Both the position numbers and the translations under genes were made by a program. The notes under the pieces are model-generated. The model worked only from the letters and a program-made list of their open reading frames with translations. It ran no database searches and had not been told where the DNA came from. A DNA stretch of 64,000 nt from an uncultured Nitrososphaerota archaeon (GTDB taxonomy: Archaea; Thermoproteota; Nitrososphaeria; Conexivisphaerales; DTJL01), in assembly GCA_963842885.1 (NCBI GenBank), contig CAWJIE010000003.1:416001-480000 (forward strand), given 5' to 3'. This document shows positions 59,701-64,000 of this stretch, piece by piece. The first letter of the stretch is position 1. Each line of letters begins with the position of its first letter.

Positions 59701-61188
59701 ATGAGTAGCCGCTACCAGGTGGGACTGCGGAGGAGAACGAAGATAGTCTGCACGATCGGTCCGGCTTCGAATACAGCCGCTACGATAGAGAGGCTCGTCA
59801 GGGCTGGGATGGACTGCGCCAGGCTGAACTTCTCACACGGAACGCCTGACGAACACTTTGAGGTCATCGAGAAAGTAAGGAAGGCGTCCCAGGTGACTGG
59901 GAGACGGGTTGCTGTGATGCAGGATCTGCCTGGGCCGAAACTGAGGGTGGGGAAGTTAAGAGGAGGCTCCATGCAAATCGCGAAGGGATCGACGGTCTTT
60001 TTGACCACCAAGCCGGCGTCAGGCGGCATCTCGACGATACCGATTCGGTCGAAGAATCTGCCGAGGTATGTGAAGGTGGATGGCACAATCTTCCTCTCCG
60101 ACGGTTCCATCAAGCTCAAGATTCTGGACACCACGGAGACGGATATCAGGTGCAGGTGCGAAATAGGGGGAACTCTCCTCTCGGGAAAGGGCGTCAACAT
60201 CCCAGATCTGAAGCATGGTCTCAAGACGTTCACGGAGCGTGACAGGAGGTATCTGGCCCTCGGCCTTGAGCATGGGGTCGACCTTGTAGCTGTCTCCTTC
60301 GTTAGGACGGCCAGCGACATCGAGGAAGTGAGGGAATTCATCAGGAAGAAGAGGAGTGAACCCATGATCGTGGCCAAGATAGAGAAGAAGGAGGCTGTGG
60401 ATAACATGGACCGGATTATTGAAGCAACGGATGCGGTGATGGTCGCGAGGGGAGACATGGGCGTAGAGAACCCGATCGAGGAAGTCCCGGAACTACAGAA
60501 GTCGATAATCTCGAAGTGCAGGTCGAAGGGCGTGCCGGTAATCACCGCTACCCAAATGCTCGAGTCGATGGTTGACAACGCGAGCCCCACCAGAGCAGAG
60601 GTCACGGACGTGGCGAACGCAATTCTGGATGGTACAGATGCAGTGATGCTGTCAGAAGAGACGGCTGTCGGAAAGTATCCTGTAGAATGTGTAGAAGTCC
60701 TGAACAGGGTGGCTCTCAAAGCGGAAGAGATGATGCTTGATGGTGAGAAGACCGGAAGGTTGGGCAGCCCTCGACGTGAGAGTCCTGCTGATGCCCTGAG
60801 CGAGGCTGCCTACCAGATCTCGCAGGACATAGGCGCAAGTGTCATCGCGGTTCAATCTGAAACCGGAGCCGTTCTCCCAAGGATCTCCAGATTCCGCCCG
60901 AGAGCACCGATATTCTTCGCCTCGGAGAGCGAAGCGAAACTGAGAAGATCTAAGATGATCTGGGGCGTCTATCAGGTCGAGCCCGGAGAAACAAGAGGCT
61001 TCGAGTCATCGGTTGAGTTGGTGCAACGCCTCGCGAAGGACAAGTTCGTAAGACGAGGCGACAGTGTTGTGGTAATCCGTGAGACCGCTGAGCCAGCGAA
61101 AGAACCAGGGTTTTCATTATCCGTTTCGATCGTCGGCGAGGGGAAGAAGCAAGACTCGGGGGAAGTCTCTCCGCGATCATCGGTCTAA
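59701..61188 (+). CDS. pyk: Pyruvate kinase
   Basis: TKIVCTIGP, RLNFSHG, MVARGD, ATQMLESM, PTRAE. Confidence 0.96.
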   Translation: MSSRYQVGLRRRTKIVCTIGPASNTAATIERLVRAGMDCARLNFSHGTPDEHFEVIEKVRKASQVTGRRVAVMQDLPGPKLRVGKLRGGSMQIAKGSTVFLTTKPASGGISTIPIRSKNLPRYVKVDGTIFLSDGSIKLKILDTTETDIRCRCEIGGTLLSGKGVNIPDLKHGLKTFTERDRRYLALGLEHGVDLVAVSFVRTASDIEEVREFIRKKRSEPMIVAKIEKKEAVDNMDRIIEATDAVMVARGDMGVENPIEEVPELQKSIISKCRSKGVPVITATQMLESMVDNASPTRAEVTDVANAILDGTDAVMLSEETAVGKYPVECVEVLNRVALKAEEMMLDGEKTGRLGSPRRESPADALSEAAYQISQDIGASVIAVQSETGAVLPRISRFRPRAPIFFASESEAKLRRSKMIWGVYQVEPGETRGFESSVELVQRLAKDKFVRRGDSVVVIRETAEPAKEPGFSLSVSIVGEGKKQDSGEVSPRSSV

Positions 61189-61432
61189 ATCAATGAATTC
61201 TATGTATGCCTTTCTCGTGTGCTAATTCAGTTGGGCCTCCGAACCGAAGGTCGCTCCACAAGGCGCACAATAATGGAAAAGACAATCTCCAAAGAATCCG
61301 GGTCGCAATCGTAAAGGCTATGAAGAGCTGGGCCGCGGTGCCCCCAAGTCTAAGGAATCAAGCCCGCGGTTCTCAGGAGGCCTTCGTGACGAACTCAGAG
61401 GTTCCGGCCCACAGCACGTCATAGTCGATCAA

Positions 61433-63841
61433 TTATGATGTCTTTGGACTCTCGATTGGGACCTGGTCATGCTTACCTTTGGATTGCCTCGGCAACACGA
61501 CCTTCCAAAGGACGATTCCCACCGCCACTAGGATGATAGCTATCAGAATGGACGTGTTGATCCAATCTATCGAGAAGCTTGCCTGCAGGCTCTCGGGCGA
61601 GTTCACTGCTATGCTGACTCCAGTCTGGCCTGAAGATGTCGCTCCCGACCACCCGTCAAATTTGAACAGGAAGAGCTCAGGGCTGGCTGTAAGCTGGACT
61701 GTTGACCCCAAGGGCACGAATAGTGTCTTATTGGTCGAGCTTTCAACTCTGCCAGTGAGCGAGGATGAGCCATAGGAGACGCTTCCGAAGCTCGAAGTGT
61801 CAACTGAGAGACCAGGATAGAACACAGCGCTCTCGATAATTGGATTCTGGACCGTAATGGTATACGGATTGCTCGTTCCGTCATAAGAGCCGACTCCCGA
61901 AGCGTTCCAAACCACGAACTGCCACCCCTCGTTTGGATTCGCAGAAAGCTGAATCTGTTCGCTGGAATTGTACCAGTCAGTCTGAGGAGACACCAACCCG
62001 CTCTGCTCAGGATTGAGGAGGATTTGAACGTAATACTGATGATAATAGAGGGGAGACAAGACGACGGCCGAGCTCACCGAACCTGTGGTTGCCTGTGCCA
62101 GGACCGACCATCTCTCGTTCGAAGAAGCATAGGCAGCTCCGTCGTAGCTGAAAGACGTACCTGCGTCAAGCCAATTGGGACTGGGGGTTGCGGCTATCGG
62201 AGAAGCGGCTGACACTCCGAAAGCGGTTCCAGACAACACCGGAGAATTGGGGCTCCCGCCACCCATGACGACATATCCTACGGAGATGGCGAATTGGTGA
62301 TAGTACATCACAGAGAATGAGGCACTGGATCCAACCACGCCTGTCGCGGACTGAGTGGCCCACCGTTCGTTTCCGGACGATCCCGGCAACGGATTCTGAA
62401 AGGAATACGATGAGCCAGCGTCCACGAAGACCGAAGAACCGAGTGTAATGTACGCAGGCGACCCGAACTCGCTGACGCTCACGCTTGGCTGCGAGTAACC
62501 GGTGCCACCGTTCGCGACGCCATAGAGGAAGGATGCGCGAAACTGGTGGAAATACACGAAGCTCAACCTCATGCCATTAGTGGGAGTGCCACTGGTCTGC
62601 TGTTGCGTGTCCCAAATCTCGTTCGAGGTTGAGCCGGACAGCACGCCGTCCGCGCTCCACGAAGACCCGCTGTCCAGGTAGATGGTGCTAGGAGCAGTGG
62701 AAAGCTGGATGCTGTACCGAATACCGCCGAAAGTGTATGTGAAGGATGGTGGAGAATATCCACTTCCACCGCCTTGAACCGAATAGCTCACGGTAACCCT
62801 GTCAAGGTTGTATCCTCCTGTGATGAACAGATACGCGTCCGAAGCCTCCGTGGCGCCGTTGGAAGAGAAAAACTGCAACGTGTTCGGATTAGTGTAAGAA
62901 ACGACGCCCGTGGAGACCGAGAACAACACCTGGCTAGTGCCCGGCACATATTCATCTATCCACATCCAGGCTGAAGATTTCGCTATGTCGTTTTCCCAAT
63001 ACGTCACAGTTGCCTCTCCTCCATAGTAAGCAGAGGAATGGTACCATTCCGTCATGAGCCCAGTGAAGAAACCTTTGCTACTGGAAAACGATGAAGCGAG
63101 ACCTACGAAAGAGGAAGAGCCCTCCTGGCTGAACGTCTGTTCGGCGCCTGCCCCCGTGCTGTAGTCATGTGCCAGCATCACTACGTTGCCGCCGGAGAAA
63201 TACAAGTTAAGGAGGACCGTATCCCCCTGGTTGACGGTCCCTGAGAAGGATTGTACTCCACCTCCTCCACTTGCTGGGTAGATTGAATGGCCACTTGAGT
63301 CAAAGACTTCGTAGAGCATCTTGAAGCCCGAGGTGTCGGGCCAATTCCACGTGAGGCCCACCTGATACCAGTATCCCTGGTCGGTAAGGCCATTCAGCAG
63401 ATAGCCTGGGCCGTACCCATCGCTGTCCACCTGAGCCACGGCGGTGACGTTGTAGGCCATGCTTGTGAAGCTCTGGGTGAAAGTCAATCCCAGCTGTTCG
63501 TCGTAGGTCGGGGATGGATCGTCAAGTGGGTGATTTGGGCTGATTGCAGGTGGCAGCTCCAATCCAGCGAACCGATAGCCTTGTTGTTGGTCCGAGACGG
63601 AATTGGGGCTGACGGGTGCCAATATCGTGGGACGGCACAGCGAGCAAGAGTAAGAACCGGCTGATCCCGGTGCCGTTGAAATTTCAGCCCCCGTTGCGGA
63701 GGGATTCATTACAGAGGGAGTTGCTCCAATGGCGGCCCCATGAGGTGCTGCCCAGCCAAGAGCGACCAGCATTACGACTACCAGAACGCAGGCAGGTAAC
63801 CTCTTGCTAATCCGCCTGATCAGGCAGCCATGGACCTTCAT
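61433..63841 (-). CDS. Cell-surface protein: signal peptide, globular head, beta-repeat stalk, C-terminal TM (start approximate)
   Basis: Hydrophobic leader; three repeats of about 85 aa ending YFHQF/YYHQF/YYHQY; TM ILIAIILVAVGIVLW. Confidence 0.82.
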   Translation of the reverse strand: MKVHGCLIRRISKRLPACVLVVVMLVALGWAAPHGAAIGATPSVMNPSATGAEISTAPGSAGSYSCSLCRPTILAPVSPNSVSDQQQGYRFAGLELPPAISPNHPLDDPSPTYDEQLGLTFTQSFTSMAYNVTAVAQVDSDGYGPGYLLNGLTDQGYWYQVGLTWNWPDTSGFKMLYEVFDSSGHSIYPASGGGGVQSFSGTVNQGDTVLLNLYFSGGNVVMLAHDYSTGAGAEQTFSQEGSSSFVGLASSFSSSKGFFTGLMTEWYHSSAYYGGEATVTYWENDIAKSSAWMWIDEYVPGTSQVLFSVSTGVVSYTNPNTLQFFSSNGATEASDAYLFITGGYNLDRVTVSYSVQGGGSGYSPPSFTYTFGGIRYSIQLSTAPSTIYLDSGSSWSADGVLSGSTSNEIWDTQQQTSGTPTNGMRLSFVYFHQFRASFLYGVANGGTGYSQPSVSVSEFGSPAYITLGSSVFVDAGSSYSFQNPLPGSSGNERWATQSATGVVGSSASFSVMYYHQFAISVGYVVMGGGSPNSPVLSGTAFGVSAASPIAATPSPNWLDAGTSFSYDGAAYASSNERWSVLAQATTGSVSSAVVLSPLYYHQYYVQILLNPEQSGLVSPQTDWYNSSEQIQLSANPNEGWQFVVWNASGVGSYDGTSNPYTITVQNPIIESAVFYPGLSVDTSSFGSVSYGSSSLTGRVESSTNKTLFVPLGSTVQLTASPELFLFKFDGWSGATSSGQTGVSIAVNSPESLQASFSIDWINTSILIAIILVAVGIVLWKVVLPRQSKGKHDQVPIESPKTS

Positions 63842-64000
63842 CAAACCTGGTTCCAGCCCTCTCACAAATCGGCCGCAGACTGACTGCAAGTGACGCATGA
63901 ATAGCCGGCGGCTTCCGGGCGCTGAAGGCCCGACAAGTGGGAATCCCTTGCGAGAAGCGAGCCGAACATGGAGTTCCTTATGAGCCTCGTGAAACACGTG

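Overview
GC-rich archaeal chromosome segment. The gene set (rpl11-rpl1-rpl10, spt5, secE, ftsY, prefoldin alpha, eIF6, rpl31e/39e, rps19e, rnp4, nep1, two tandem TFBs, intron-containing tRNAs, no rpl18a/LX in the eIF6-pfdA gap) suggests a TACK lineage, most likely non-ammonia-oxidising Nitrososphaerota (inference). About 15 single-base frameshifts, including in rpl1 and rpl11, point to uncorrected long-read indels rather than pseudogenes. Accessory content: (1) a helically phased array of ten CGTTC motifs between tRNA-Gly and a TFB / unannotated zinc-ribbon micro-protein / TFB cassette; (2) a related GTTCG/CGAAC inverted-repeat element at 43.2 kb; (3) a Tat-exported PaoABC-like molybdenum hydroxylase whose Fe-S subunit carries a Thr-rich stalk and PKD-like domain, followed by an operon with a retropepsin, a split YeeE/YedE and a surface protein; (4) a 16-kb cluster of two further Mo hydroxylases flanking pyrB, a pyrC-like amidohydrolase, an MDH/LDH-like enzyme, an ADP-forming acyl-CoA synthetase and iorAB; (5) an orphan HEPN-motif protein; (6) a stand-alone triple CDF C-terminal-domain protein; (7) two modular surface proteins sharing a stalk repeat. 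No CRISPR array, rRNA, transposase or integrase was seen. All calls come from reading motifs by eye; no database searches were run.
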